The notes beneath the pieces are model-generated. The model was not told the DNA's origin and did no database searches. It saw nothing but the letters and a program-made list of their open reading frames with translations. DNA of 64,000 nucleotides from Myxococcota bacterium (GTDB lineage Bacteria; Myxococcota_A; Polyangia; Polyangiales; Houyiibacteriaceae): the NCBI GenBank assembly GCA_039177115.1, contig JBCDFZ010000027.1, positions 2,488-66,487 on the forward strand, given 5' to 3'. Numbering within the stretch: position 1 is the first letter of the stretch; each line of letters starts with the position of its first letter. The position numbers and the translations under genes were made by a program. Shown one piece after another: positions 63,465 through 64,000 of the stretch.

Positions 63465-64000
63465 GTGCCGAGCACGCAACGCGAAGCCTTCGCTCGACGC
63501 ATCGCGGTATTCGCGAGCGCGGCGACGGTCTTCGCGGGCTGCGGGATCCGGGGCGGCGCGCCACCAGGGACGCCGGGCCACGTGAGCGACGCCAACCAAG
63601 CGTGCGCAGGCCTCTTTTGCTCGGCCGAAGCAGAATCAGAGGCGGACCCGCGCTGCGCGCCCACCTGCGCTTGCGGCGCCTTGGAGTTCACCGAGCCGGT
63701 CTACGACGAACAAGACGTCCACGCGCTTCGGAGCTGGCGGCTCTTGAACCCGACGCTCATGCTCGAAGCCGACCCGTTCGCCGAGGCACTCCCTGAAGAC
63801 GAGCCTCCGGAGGCCTACTGCGCGGCTATCCCAATGGATTCGCGCCCCGAGATCCGCACGTACCGACTCGAAACGTTCCAGACGGAACGGTCGGCTCGCG
63901 CCGCAGGCGGACAGATCACCCATCGCGGTCGCTGCGGTGCCTGCTCCTCGTTTCAAGACCTCGCCACCTACGTCGAGCTCCGAGATTTGAACCGTGCCGG
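63465..64000 (+). CDS. Cys-rich lipoprotein (partial, runs off the window; absent from the ORF track)
   Basis: Open frame VPSTQREAFARRIAVFASAATVFAGC...YRLETF...AAGGQITHRGRCGACSSFQDLATY with no stop to the window end; start GTG 63453 or 63465. Confidence 0.75.
   Translation, partial: MPSTQREAFARRIAVFASAATVFAGCGIRGGAPPGTPGHVSDANQACAGLFCSAEAESEADPRCAPTCACGALEFTEPVYDEQDVHALRSWRLLNPTLMLEADPFAEALPEDEPPEAYCAAIPMDSRPEIRTYRLETFQTERSARAAGGQITHRGRCGACSSFQDLATYVELRDLNRA

Noticed and set aside
1-64000. tRNA, rRNA, CRISPR arrays, prophage, retron or known defence genes
   Set aside because: No cloverleaf or rRNA signatures, regularly spaced repeats, RT, integrase, nuclease or phage structural motifs were seen by eye.

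Overview
This is a high-GC chromosomal segment (about 65% by eye), almost certainly from a myxobacterium (Myxococcota, Polyangia-like). The evidence is a MYXO-CTERM-tailed metalloprotease and many lipoproteins with Gly-rich tethers. I found about 55 CDS and no rRNA, tRNA, CRISPR array, integrase or intact transposase. Recognisable blocks: a tripartite RND pump (2.6-8.5 kb); secreted hydrolases; a regulator/target stress island (MarR-DUF4336, LysR-DUF5519, AraC-YeeE/YedE-DUF4395-like-DUF4336; 15-24 kb); orphan zwf; esterase, GMC oxidoreductase and sulfatase; rpmB; a transglutaminase/circularly permuted ATP-grasp/alpha-E/amidoligase operon (41.9-48.5 kb); a FabI-like SDR; DUF1800-DUF1501 divergent from an OmpR-family two-component system; alkD; and a START/GT2/putative barrel/DUF547 operon. 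The best-supported unusual observations are: (i) 16.2-18.8 kb is a colinear, decayed sister copy of 18.8-22.7 kb, refilled with two unrelated genes and bounded by a 167-bp direct repeat; (ii) readable candidate operator sites define small regulons (an 18-bp site on both sides of the AraC gene, a doubled MarR operator, a Fur-like box, and an ATTAC-N6-GTAAT-like box before DUF1800/DUF1501); (iii) several odd surface lipoproteins (a polyglycine protein, a Tle1-like lipase without T6SS genes, a Cys-rich THxGxCGxCS protein). Family assignments come from motif recognition only, with no database search. Single-base frameshifts may be sequencing errors. I cannot claim a definitively new system from the sequence alone.
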